Shown here in pieces: positions 31,174 to 38,851 of a stretch of 48,547 nucleotides of DNA; positions within the stretch are counted from its first letter, which is position 1, and every line of letters begins with the position of its first letter. This DNA comes from a virus (Duplodnaviria > Caudoviricetes), in IMG/VR virus record IMGVR_UViG_3300020042_010851, positions 1 through 48,547 of that record; one strand, written 5' to 3'. A model generated the notes under the pieces. That model did no database searches. It was not told the DNA's origin and saw only the letters and a program-made list of their open reading frames with translations. Both the position numbers and the translations under genes were made by a program.

Positions 31174-31181
31174 CAAATTTA
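31174..31181 (-). promoter_or_regulatory. -7 box TAAATTTG
   Basis: TAnnTTTG, 6 nt before portal ATG. Confidence 0.6.
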
Positions 31182-31199
31182 AACAAAAAGACTATAAAA

Positions 31200-31437
31200 A
31201 AGAAATGAGGTTTTTGAAAAGAGCATAGTTAGTTCATTTAAGATACTTATACTCTGAGACCAAGTAATCACATTTGCTTACGGAACCAGCAAAAAACCAT
31301 ACCCCCCTTTCCCCCCTTTCCTAAAAAGCGTGTGCTTTTTTGAAAATTGGTTAAGAGTGGCTGGTTGATTACGCAAGCGACTTTTGCTTTACTCACCAGG
31401 CGGCTTGGAACAATACCCCCATTACAAATTCGGCCGT
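31200..31437 (-). ncRNA. Candidate structured non-coding RNA or cis element
   Basis: No ORF >=60 aa, nested hairpins and G-tracts, upstream promoter. Confidence 0.35.
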
Positions 31438-31441
31438 GCTG

Positions 31442-31472
31442 CAATATTACAACTCGTTTTTCTTTTTGTCAA
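31442..31472 (-). promoter_or_regulatory. Promoter TTGACA-N17-TAATAT(TG)
   Basis: TTGACA 31472-31467 and TAATAT 31449-31444; also one mismatch from TAnnTTTG. Confidence 0.5.
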
Positions 31473-31854
31473 GAGAAAAAAGTCTTGGTTCGCATTTTTT
31501 TATGTAGAACTCAATAAACTCAGCCCCTTTGACAACTAAAACTTTTTCTACGATAAGGCGAAAAATGTATTTGTCGTTAAAGTTGTACTTCTTTTGAAGA
31601 ATGTCTATGAATGGTTTTACAACATTATCCGCATCGGATGCGATGTTGCTGACTCCGACTATCAAAGAAAGCTCTAGAGGCTCTTTGGTTTGATTAAAGT
31701 CGCATGGTGCTAGTCGAACTAGCATTTCCTTCTCGTATAAAAGATAGGTTTTGGTTTTAAATCGTTTTCCTTGCCAGCATTCATTTACTGAAAGTGGCTT
31801 AATCTCTATTCTGTCGGAAAAGAGCAGGATAGAGTTGTCTAAATGTTTCAACAT
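31447..31854 (-). CDS. rusA: RusA-like Holliday junction resolvase
   Basis: KPLSVN...SDADNVVKPFIDIL...NDKYI (DxDNxxKxxxD motif); the true start may be downstream. Confidence 0.75.
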   Translation of the reverse strand: MLKHLDNSILLFSDRIEIKPLSVNECWQGKRFKTKTYLLYEKEMLVRLAPCDFNQTKEPLELSLIVGVSNIASDADNVVKPFIDILQKKYNFNDKYIFRLIVEKVLVVKGAEFIEFYIKKCEPRLFSLDKKKNEL

Positions 31855-32212
31855 TAGGTTCGATATCTTGGAATAATAAAATTTCTACAGGTACTCCATA
31901 GAACTCAGCAATAAGAATTGCGGTTTTCAATGAAGTCAGGGCAGAGTCACCGTATATGACTCTGTGAATATTGGTATCAACATCCATCCCCATAAATTCT
32001 TTAATTTTACTTGGGGATATTGTTTGATGGTGTATTTTGGTCATGAAAAGTACATTTCGTCTTACTTGATCAGTAATACGATTCATCTTTCGTTTGAGCA
32101 GACTAGTGTAGTACTCGCCTCTCAAGTCGGCAATAAGTTCGTTTTCAATTAAAAGGTTAAGACCACGTTTTTTGGTCTCAACGATTTTACTTTCTAGTTC
32201 ATCGAGATTCAA
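31799..32212 (-). CDS. Hypothetical protein, possible C-terminal HTH
   Basis: IAEFYGVPVEILL resembles an XRE-type C-terminus. Confidence 0.5.
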   Translation of the reverse strand: MNLDELESKIVETKKRGLNLLIENELIADLRGEYYTSLLKRKMNRITDQVRRNVLFMTKIHHQTISPSKIKEFMGMDVDTNIHRVIYGDSALTSLKTAILIAEFYGVPVEILLFQDIEPNVETFRQLYPALFRQNRD

Positions 32213-32453
32213 GGAGAGAGATCTTCAGTTCAAATTCTTCGAGATATCTTTCATTTTCATCGATGCAGCGTTTTACTTCCTTCATTACCAAAATGAGTTT
32301 TTGGTGATCGACTAAACTTTTTCCATTGAGGATGTTGTACACATCGTATTTCTGTACGCCAAACTTGGAAACTCTCTCTACGATACGAGCCATATCGCCA
32401 CGTTTTAGTTTGCCTTTTAATTCAAGCACCCGGTCTTTTAATTCGTTATTCAT
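32199..32453 (-). CDS. Putative HTH DNA-binding protein
   Basis: LKRGDMARIVER...VYNILNG; first gene of the leftward unit. Confidence 0.55.
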   Translation of the reverse strand: MNNELKDRVLELKGKLKRGDMARIVERVSKFGVQKYDVYNILNGKSLVDHQKLILVMKEVKRCIDENERYLEEFELKISLLESR

Positions 32454-32530
32454 AATTTCTTACAATTTTACGAAAAATTCTTGGAATTACAAAGTATTAT
32501 AGTATATTCGCACTACATAATAGAAAAAAT

Positions 32531-33181
32531 ATGGGTTTAAACAAAGGATTAGGTGCTCGTGAGTACCTTACAATTAGAGAAGGCAAGATTGCCAAGTATG
32601 TAGGTGAAAAGAAGTATGAATTGTACGATTCAATTGAGGGTTACATTGTTGGTATGAGTACTCGTGATACGCAGTACGGCCAAGTATTGAACATCGATTT
32701 GATGGATGACAAGTTGTACCAATTCCAAATTAGAATTAAAGGTGAGGAGAAACCAGGACAAGCTGCTAAGCAGACTTCGTATTTCATCGCTTTGGCTCAT
32801 TGTTCTCCAAACATTGATCCATCGAAGAAAGTTGAGTTTATTCCATCTTTGAAAGAGATTGATGGTAAGAAGCGTTCTGCTTTGTTCATCAATCAGAATG
32901 GCTCTACTTTAAAGTGGGCATTCAAGAAAGGTGAAGGTATGCCTGATCCCGAAGAAGTGTTTAACAAAAAGGGCGAATTGATTTCAATCGATTGGAGTGA
33001 AGTTGAGGCTTTCCGTATGGACAAGATTAACGAATTCCACGCTCGTGTTAAAGAAGCTGCCGCTGCCAACAAAATGATGGCCGGTGAGGTAGAACAACAA
33101 GATTGGCAGAAATTAATGCCAGAGCCAAATGAAGAGGCTTTAAGTTCTTCATTTGACGAAGAGACTGATCTGCCGTTTTAA
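32531..33181 (+). CDS. Putative single-stranded DNA-binding protein
   Basis: Acidic tail ending DEETDLPF; adjacent to the exonuclease gene. Confidence 0.6.
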   Translation: MGLNKGLGAREYLTIREGKIAKYVGEKKYELYDSIEGYIVGMSTRDTQYGQVLNIDLMDDKLYQFQIRIKGEEKPGQAAKQTSYFIALAHCSPNIDPSKKVEFIPSLKEIDGKKRSALFINQNGSTLKWAFKKGEGMPDPEEVFNKKGELISIDWSEVEAFRMDKINEFHARVKEAAAANKMMAGEVEQQDWQKLMPEPNEEALSSSFDEETDLPF

Positions 33182-33447
33182 TGTCAAGGGGCGTTAGTAA
33201 TACTAATCTCGCTGCAAAAATCGGAAAAAGGGTTGAACCTGCTCATATGAAACACTATGGGCAGGAACAGCTTTCGATTATTCGTCAGTCGAGTTTAAAG
33301 GCAGCACTTAGTTTTGTTGAGATTATTTCACCAAGATTAAATGGAGAATTTTCAGTTGGTGATTTCGAAAAGTTTACTTTAGAAACAGCCGAGAAGTTTG
33401 AAAAATGGGTAATGCGAGATGAAACTAGAGATAGTAAAAATAAGTAA
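33181..33447 (+). CDS. Hypothetical protein
   Basis: 88 aa, coupled start; IIRQSSLKAA motif. Confidence 0.65.
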   Translation: MSRGVSNTNLAAKIGKRVEPAHMKHYGQEQLSIIRQSSLKAALSFVEIISPRLNGEFSVGDFEKFTLETAEKFEKWVMRDETRDSKNK

Positions 33448-34399
33448 AGACGAGCAGTACCAAGAGTGGTTGAACTTCCGTGACAGGGGTTTAGGTGCTT
33501 CTGAGATTGGAACCTTAATGGGTGTAAACTCGTGGAAGTCTCCAGCAGAGTTGTACTACCAAAAGATTGGTGTAATTCCACAGAAACAGGTGGAAAATAT
33601 GCCGATGTTTATGGGTACTATCTTGGAACAGACCGTAGCGGATATTTTTGAATATTGGCAAAATGACGAGCCAACGATGATTGAAAATTATCGTAAAGGT
33701 TTAAAACAGAGACATCTTTATGAACCTACAGGTTATATTGTTAACCCATCGTTTCCGCATTTGTTCTTTTCGCCAGACCGATTAATTGTGAGTAAGGACA
33801 TTCGTGTTCGCAATTCTACAATCAATTTAGAGAACGTGGATGCGATTGCTGAGATTAAGACCATCAGCGGTTGGAGTAGTAAACAATGGGAGGGTGGAAT
33901 ACCGCCATCCTATTACTTGCAGCTTCAAACTTACATGATGGGGCTTGGTGTTTCAAAGGGCTACTTGGTTGTTTTGGAAGATGGAAGAAACTTTAAGGTT
34001 CACGAATACGATGCCGATGAGGATATTATTAGTTCGATTATTAATATCACCGAGGAATTTTGGAAGCGTGTTTTATTGGGCCGTGAAGCATTAGCCAACG
34101 GGGGTGATTACGATCAGTATGCTCCACCGCCAGATGGTACAGAGGCTTATGCCGAATACTTGAACGAGAGGTTCTCCAATCCTGAAGACAAGACTGTTGC
34201 TTCTACACCGGAGATTGATCAACACATTTTGGACTATTTGGACATCGGGTCTCAGATTAGTACTTTGGAAGAAGGTAAGAGAGAACACGCCAATATGATT
34301 AAAACGCATATGGGTAACTCCTCAATTATCAACAGCGAAGTAGCAAAAGTAACTTGGAGACCGAATAAGAACGGAACCAGAGTTTTTAGAATCAGTTAA
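33419..34399 (+). CDS. YqaJ/lambda-type exonuclease
   Basis: EWLNFRDRGLGASE, SPD, EIKT and YYLQLQTYM motifs. Confidence 0.9.
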   Translation: MKLEIVKISKDEQYQEWLNFRDRGLGASEIGTLMGVNSWKSPAELYYQKIGVIPQKQVENMPMFMGTILEQTVADIFEYWQNDEPTMIENYRKGLKQRHLYEPTGYIVNPSFPHLFFSPDRLIVSKDIRVRNSTINLENVDAIAEIKTISGWSSKQWEGGIPPSYYLQLQTYMMGLGVSKGYLVVLEDGRNFKVHEYDADEDIISSIINITEEFWKRVLLGREALANGGDYDQYAPPPDGTEAYAEYLNERFSNPEDKTVASTPEIDQHILDYLDIGSQISTLEEGKREHANMIKTHMGNSSIINSEVAKVTWRPNKNGTRVFRIS

Positions 34400-34683
34400 T
34401 GAAAGGCGATCTCCAATGGTACAAGAATATGTGGTCAACACGACAAAAACACCAGTGCGAGGAATGTGGACTACATCTACCACAATTCAGTCCAGCATTT
34501 ATTTCACATATCATTACCAAAGGAAGTTATCCCAGTTTGAGGCAACATCCCGACAATTGGATGCTGTATTGTATGCAATGTCATCAAAAATGGGAATTTG
34601 GGAAGAGGACGGAGATGAAGACATATACGAGAGCTTTGGAGATTGCTAATCGCTTAAAAAAAGAATATCATGAATCACGGTAG
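34399..34683 (+). CDS. HNH/NinG-like small nuclease
   Basis: CEEC...SHI...DNWMLYCMQCH. Confidence 0.7.
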   Translation: MKGDLQWYKNMWSTRQKHQCEECGLHLPQFSPAFISHIITKGSYPSLRQHPDNWMLYCMQCHQKWEFGKRTEMKTYTRALEIANRLKKEYHESR

Positions 34684-35719
34684 TTTATTTAGCGGAATAG
34701 GTGGATTTGATTTAGCGGCCGAGTGGATGGGGTGGGACAATAAGTTCCATTGCGATATCAATCCTTTTAGTAGAAAAATATGTAGTTTTTATTGGCCCAA
34801 GGCCGAATCTTATGACAATATCAAGACAACTGACTTTAGAATTTGGAGAGGAAAAATTGATGTCCTCTCCGGTGGGTTTCCCTGTCAGCCCTTCAGTACC
34901 GCTGGAAAAAGGATGGGAAAAGAAGATGAACGCCATCTTTGGCCCGAAATGTTCCGTGCAATCAGAGAAATCAGACCACGGTACGTTGTGGGGGAGAATG
35001 TTCGTGGACTCCTTAACTGGTCGGACGGATTGGTCCTCGAAGAGGTGTTCGCTGATTTGGAAGGTGAGGGATACGAAGTCCAAACGTTTGTACTTCCAGC
35101 TATCGGGATTAACGCCCCACACCGCAGAGACCGAGTCTATATTATTGCCCACGCCAACAGCGATGCAGGACGAGGCAGATCCAGCGAAGGTGGACGCACG
35201 GAATGCGAAGCAGATAGCAATGGGGAATCCTCCATTCATCTTGGGTCTCAGCCAAATGGCAATGAGGGGACTGCTTCCAACACCGAATGCGAGAGACTGG
35301 AAGGACACACTAGGGAACGGAAAGGATTCTCCGAGCATAGGGATAACGAGAGGGTATTCTTTGGGTCAGAAACTGAATTCAATGCTGCCGACACCAAACG
35401 CCCAGGACTGGAACACAGCAACCAGAGCGGAGACTTACATAGCACGATCTCAGAGGCACAAGCAGAACAACGTAACTCTCCAAATGACTTTAAGGCAGAT
35501 GACTATGTTCATGCCCAACAAGGTGGACCATCCGAAACTTGGAGCAGGTTCCCAACTCAATCCCCACTTTGTAGCGGAGATGATGGGCTTCCCAGTGAAT
35601 TGGACGGACTTACCTTTCCTAAGTGGAGAAAAGAATCCATAATGGGTTATGGCAATGCCATTGTTCCACAAGTCGCTTATCGTATATTTGCAACCATAAA
35701 TGGACTCGAAAATAGATAA
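34670..35719 (+). CDS. C5 cytosine DNA methyltransferase, catalytic (alpha) chain
   Basis: LFSGIGG (I), GFPCQPFS (IV), ENVRG (VI), HRRDR (VIII), GNAIVP (X); motif IX absent from this frame. Confidence 0.9.
   Translation: MNHGSLFSGIGGFDLAAEWMGWDNKFHCDINPFSRKICSFYWPKAESYDNIKTTDFRIWRGKIDVLSGGFPCQPFSTAGKRMGKEDERHLWPEMFRAIREIRPRYVVGENVRGLLNWSDGLVLEEVFADLEGEGYEVQTFVLPAIGINAPHRRDRVYIIAHANSDAGRGRSSEGGRTECEADSNGESSIHLGSQPNGNEGTASNTECERLEGHTRERKGFSEHRDNERVFFGSETEFNAADTKRPGLEHSNQSGDLHSTISEAQAEQRNSPNDFKADDYVHAQQGGPSETWSRFPTQSPLCSGDDGLPSELDGLTFPKWRKESIMGYGNAIVPQVAYRIFATINGLENR
34812..35642 (+). CDS. Nested +1-frame ORF: putative MTase beta chain (TRD-like repeats and motif IX)
   Basis: 3 x LPTP(T/N)A repeats and LNPHFVAEMMGFPVNWT; exact start uncertain. 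Confidence 0.7.
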   Translation: MTISRQLTLEFGEEKLMSSPVGFPVSPSVPLEKGWEKKMNAIFGPKCSVQSEKSDHGTLWGRMFVDSLTGRTDWSSKRCSLIWKVRDTKSKRLYFQLSGLTPHTAETESILLPTPTAMQDEADPAKVDARNAKQIAMGNPPFILGLSQMAMRGLLPTPNARDWKDTLGNGKDSPSIGITRGYSLGQKLNSMLPTPNAQDWNTATRAETYIARSQRHKQNNVTLQMTLRQMTMFMPNKVDHPKLGAGSQLNPHFVAEMMGFPVNWTDLPFLSGEKNP

Positions 35720-35960
35720 AAAGAGGTATCTCCGTTACATGAAGACATTCGTATGGGCTTCTAAGAAATCTATGGAAGAACTCCTTGAGTTGAACAAGAA
35801 AGGTGAGATGCAAAACTACCCTGTGGATGCCAATACGGTAGAAGATGCAATTAACTATGTGGAAACAGGGGACGGTCTCAGAACAACAAATATCTCCATG
35901 ACTGACGTATACGCCATAATGGAAGTAATGAAACACAAACAAGTAGAACAAACCAAATAA
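35700..35960 (+). CDS. Hypothetical protein
   Basis: 86-aa ORF in operon. Confidence 0.65.
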   Translation: MDSKIDKKRYLRYMKTFVWASKKSMEELLELNKKGEMQNYPVDANTVEDAINYVETGDGLRTTNISMTDVYAIMEVMKHKQVEQTK

Positions 35961-35974
35961 TAAAAATTAAGAAT

Positions 35975-36193
35975 ATGGCTAAAACCAAAAAAGAAATCAC
36001 AGGTGCTATTGAGGTAACCTTGGAGAACATGACTGAATTGTGTGCTACAATTCCAACTGCTCGTCCCACAAGCGAGTTTTCAGACAAACCAGGTATCATC
36101 TTCAACAAAGAAACTGAAGAAGGTATCACCAAGGTTTATGTTTTCGTAGGCGAAAGCGTAATCGAAACCGAGGGTACTTGGGAAAAGGCTTAA
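35975..36193 (+). CDS. Hypothetical protein
   Basis: 72-aa ORF with A-rich leader. Confidence 0.65.
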   Translation: MAKTKKEITGAIEVTLENMTELCATIPTARPTSEFSDKPGIIFNKETEEGITKVYVFVGESVIETEGTWEKA

Positions 36194-36200
36194 TGCCTAC

Positions 36201-36273
36201 GCCACCTTAGCTCAGTTGGTAGAGCTTCTGATTTGTAATCAGATGGTCGTTGGTTCGAATCCGACAGGTGGCT
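36201..36273 (+). tRNA. tRNA-Thr(UGU)
   Basis: Acceptor GCCACCT/AGGTGGC; D-arm GCTC..GAGC; anticodon stem TCTGA/TCAGA with loop TT-TGT-AA; GGTTCGAATCC T-arm; CCA not encoded. Confidence 0.95.
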
Positions 36274-36277
36274 CAAA

Positions 36278-36502
36278 ATGAAAGCAATATTAGAATTTAA
36301 TTTAGACGAAGAAAGGGCTGAGTTCGAACTCGTAGTCAACGCAAACAAATGGTATTGCGTGGCTTGGGACATTGACCAGGAATTAAGGAGACGTACTAAG
36401 TATGCCTCTGATGAAGATGATGAGAAGGTTGTTGAAGCCTTGTATCAATTCAGAGAAACTGTTGGCGAGATTATGTCTAAGTACGGTGTAAATTTTGAAT
36501 AA
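36278..36502 (+). CDS. Hypothetical phage protein
   Basis: MKAILEFNL family-like, 74 aa. Confidence 0.7.
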   Translation: MKAILEFNLDEERAEFELVVNANKWYCVAWDIDQELRRRTKYASDEDDEKVVEALYQFRETVGEIMSKYGVNFE

Positions 36503-36508
36503 AGAATT

Positions 36509-36796
36509 ATGAATAAGTATATCGTCAGGGGCCAGAGAGTACTACTTACTCCACCCGAAATCAAGAAGAGTGCTATCGAGGTAAACGCTACCTTGGAAAA
36601 GGAAATTTTGGAAGAGCAGATGAAGAAGTGGAACCAACTAGAAGTATTCGCCATAGGTGAAGAAGTAGAAGGCATCGAGGTTGGGGATCGGGTCTCAGTC
36701 AACCTTATGTTCCTCAGGAACTCAGAACACATAGATGTAGAGGGAGAGGATAAGATAATTGTCCGTGCTGCCGATATCTCCGTAGTCTGGAAATAG
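36509..36796 (+). CDS. groES: GroES-like co-chaperonin
   Basis: GQRVLL...EVFAIGEEV..IEVGDRV...IIVRAADI. Confidence 0.75.
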   Translation: MNKYIVRGQRVLLTPPEIKKSAIEVNATLEKEILEEQMKKWNQLEVFAIGEEVEGIEVGDRVSVNLMFLRNSEHIDVEGEDKIIVRAADISVVWK

Positions 36797-36804
36797 TATC
36801 TTTG
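36797..36804 (+). promoter_or_regulatory. -7 box TATCTTTG
   Basis: TAnnTTTG preceding a hairpin pair, with no ORF downstream. Confidence 0.5.
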
Positions 36805-36809
36805 TAAAG

Positions 36810-36889
36810 AACCCCCCTAGGGATAGTCTCCCTAGACCGAAAGTTCCCACCTGCATACCGTAAGATCTGCTAGTGGGACTTTTTCTTTT
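36810..36889 (+). ncRNA. Candidate small RNA / terminator (two hairpins)
   Basis: CTAGGGA/TCCCTAG and AAAGTTCCCAC/GTGGGACTTT stems, then a T-run. Confidence 0.4.
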
Positions 36890-37178
36890 ATATGCGCCTA
36901 CTTTTTATACAATGCGCCCATTTTTTATATACCACTTCCGCTTTTGGCAATGTTTTACTTCCGACTTTGGCAGTAACTAACAAATGCCAGTAAACTGATA
37001 TTAGTGGCAAATGTACCGCTCGGTAAAAATATACCCCCCTTTGATTTATACCCCCCAGTATAATACCGCTCGGTAAAAAGTACCCCCCCTTATTCTAAAA
37101 ATAAAATTTGTCCGAGTGGCGAAGGTATATATGTTGAGATCAGCCGGGGCAACCGGCAAAAAAAGCTACCCCCCCTTC
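36890..37178. repeat. Cluster of paired direct repeats and TACCCCCC tracts (possible terminus/packaging/origin)
   Basis: ATGCGCC x2, ACTTCCG..TTTGGCA x2, TACCGCTCGGTAAAAA x2, TACCCCC x4. Confidence 0.75.
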
Positions 37179-37226
37179 TTCGAGCAAATCCGTTCTAAAA
37201 TGCTGATAATCAATGCCTTCAAGCCT

Positions 37227-37493
37227 CATCGACATCGAACGAAAATAAAAAATCGAATCGGCATCTGTATACCTTCGGACGATTGTATACATAGGATTCC
37301 GCATCGCATCTGCCATCGTAGATATATAAACGAAGGAATCACGCATCGCATATGATGTGCATCTGATTCACCATGTCTCATCTGATTCATCTGATGCATC
37401 GCATCTGATTTGAAATCTTTTCGCCATGTCTTCATTGTAGGTTATCCATTCAACCATTCTCTCATCTCCATTTGCACATCAAAATCCATGTCT
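37227..37493. repeat. CATC-dense iteron-like block
   Basis: 14 CATC counted in 37227-37480; CATCTGAT x4, GCATCGCAT x3, CCATGTCT x3. Confidence 0.85.
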
Positions 37494-37594
37494 GTAAATT
37501 TTTTTTGAAATTTTTTTTTCGCTCGTCAACCCCCGGAAATACTGGGGGTGACAGATTTTCGACCAACAAATTCAGCACATTTCGAAAAAAAAAA

Positions 37595-37627
37595 TTTGTT
37601 TATGTGAAATCTGTTTTGCAATCTTTG
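37595..37627 (+). promoter_or_regulatory. Putative early promoter (TTTG...AATCTTTG) with upstream A/T tracts and hairpin 37525-37552
   Basis: Imperfect -7 box; architecture shared with the promoters at 39657 and 42207. Confidence 0.45.
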
Positions 37628-37653
37628 TGAACACTAAACGACAATCAAACGAC

Positions 37654-37815
37654 ATGAAATTACCAATCAGCCCATCGACCATCGCACTAATCTTAATGCT
37701 CATCAGCATTGTAGGTGCATTCACTTGCCTAATCCAAAAGGATGCAATCATGATGACATTCATGTTTATCATCTTTTGCTTATCTGCTCGCATCGTATCA
37801 ATTGACAACAACTAA
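37654..37815 (+). CDS. Small membrane protein
   Basis: ATG 37654, two hydrophobic helices. Confidence 0.55.
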   Translation: MKLPISPSTIALILMLISIVGAFTCLIQKDAIMMTFMFIIFCLSARIVSIDNN

Positions 37816-37831
37816 TCTAAAACATACAGAC

Positions 37832-38146
37832 ATGACAAACCAAATCTCAAATTTCTATTGGAATGCTAACAAGGACAATTGTATTGCTGTCCTTAACTAT
37901 GAACTACAAGGTAGTGTTATTGCCAAGGATAACACATGGCACAATGATGCTTGCCCATCTGCATCTGTTTCAATGATTGATTCATCTGATGTGTATGAAG
38001 TTTTCTTTCCTTGCTGTGCCATCGACAAGGACATGACATCTCTTGACAAATTTCATATCTTCAGTTTTGCTGATGGTGAAGAAGAACCAATCGGTTCTTG
38101 TGATACCTTAGGTGAACTTATCACTTTCTTTCAATCTATAATCTGA
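37832..38146 (+). CDS. Hypothetical early protein
   Basis: ATG 37832; WHNDACPS motif. Confidence 0.7.
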   Translation: MTNQISNFYWNANKDNCIAVLNYELQGSVIAKDNTWHNDACPSASVSMIDSSDVYEVFFPCCAIDKDMTSLDKFHIFSFADGEEEPIGSCDTLGELITFFQSII

Positions 38147-38183
38147 GTCCTAATCATTTCACTAACTAACTAAGCAAAAAATC

Positions 38184-38513
38184 ATGGATACCAAAACCTA
38201 TTTCACCACTTACGATGTATCAGATGTGCATCAGAATCAACTCGACCTTTCCAACAATGATGAATTGTCCTCACTTGTTTTGGATGGCGAAGACCTTATC
38301 AATGTTAGTCAGATTGTAATCATTTATCCTTTTGGAGATGTTTACCCAATCTGTGCATTTCGCAAGGATGACCAATATGAAATCTTATTCGATAGAGACA
38401 TTTTTTGTGTTAGTCTTGAAGATGCCATTGCCATGTCTGAAATCTATTATAGAACGGAAGACATCATGTCTATTCGCTCTTATGTAACTTCTCTCACTAA
38501 TTTTAACCTATAA
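38184..38513 (+). CDS. Hypothetical acidic protein
   Basis: 109-aa ORF with AAAAATCATG start. Confidence 0.7.
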   Translation: MDTKTYFTTYDVSDVHQNQLDLSNNDELSSLVLDGEDLINVSQIVIIYPFGDVYPICAFRKDDQYEILFDRDIFCVSLEDAIAMSEIYYRTEDIMSIRSYVTSLTNFNL

Positions 38514-38523
38514 ACCAAAAATC

Positions 38524-38847
38524 ATGAACTACAAAGTTGAACTTAAAAACGGAATGACCTTTGTCTGCAATAACATTTCTGATGTGTTGTACGACAGCCA
38601 AAAATATGCAATCACCATTGGTGAAGTTGTTACCTTCATTGCTGTCTCAGATGTGTTATGGATTGACCCAACTTTCGCATCTGCTGAAGTAACGATTCAC
38701 AGAAATCAAGCCAATCGTATTGCGACCATTGTTGCTGTATGGAATGACAAAATGTTAGTGCGATATCAGATGCCCAAAGGCAAAGTATTTCACAATTACC
38801 TTTTCCCAAATAATACCTACAAATCTGTTAAATTTCAAAACAACTAA
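38524..38847 (+). CDS. Hypothetical protein
   Basis: 107-aa ORF with AAAAATCATG start. Confidence 0.7.
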   Translation: MNYKVELKNGMTFVCNNISDVLYDSQKYAITIGEVVTFIAVSDVLWIDPTFASAEVTIHRNQANRIATIVAVWNDKMLVRYQMPKGKVFHNYLFPNNTYKSVKFQNN

Positions 38848-38851
38848 AATC

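Noticed and set aside
34399-34683. Intron or homing endonuclease insertion
   Set aside because: The ORF is free-standing and coupled in the operon; neighbouring genes are not interrupted.
34712-35338. 208-aa antisense ORF in the MTase gene
   Set aside because: No recognisable motifs; likely a shadow of the dual-coding constraint.
37116-37435. Short ORFs in the non-coding repeat block
   Set aside because: Their Met/His/Arg/Asp bias simply reflects the CATC/GATG repeats; no A-rich initiation context.
36890-37493. CRISPR array
   Set aside because: Repeats are short doublets or clusters, without a constant repeat-spacer period or cas genes.
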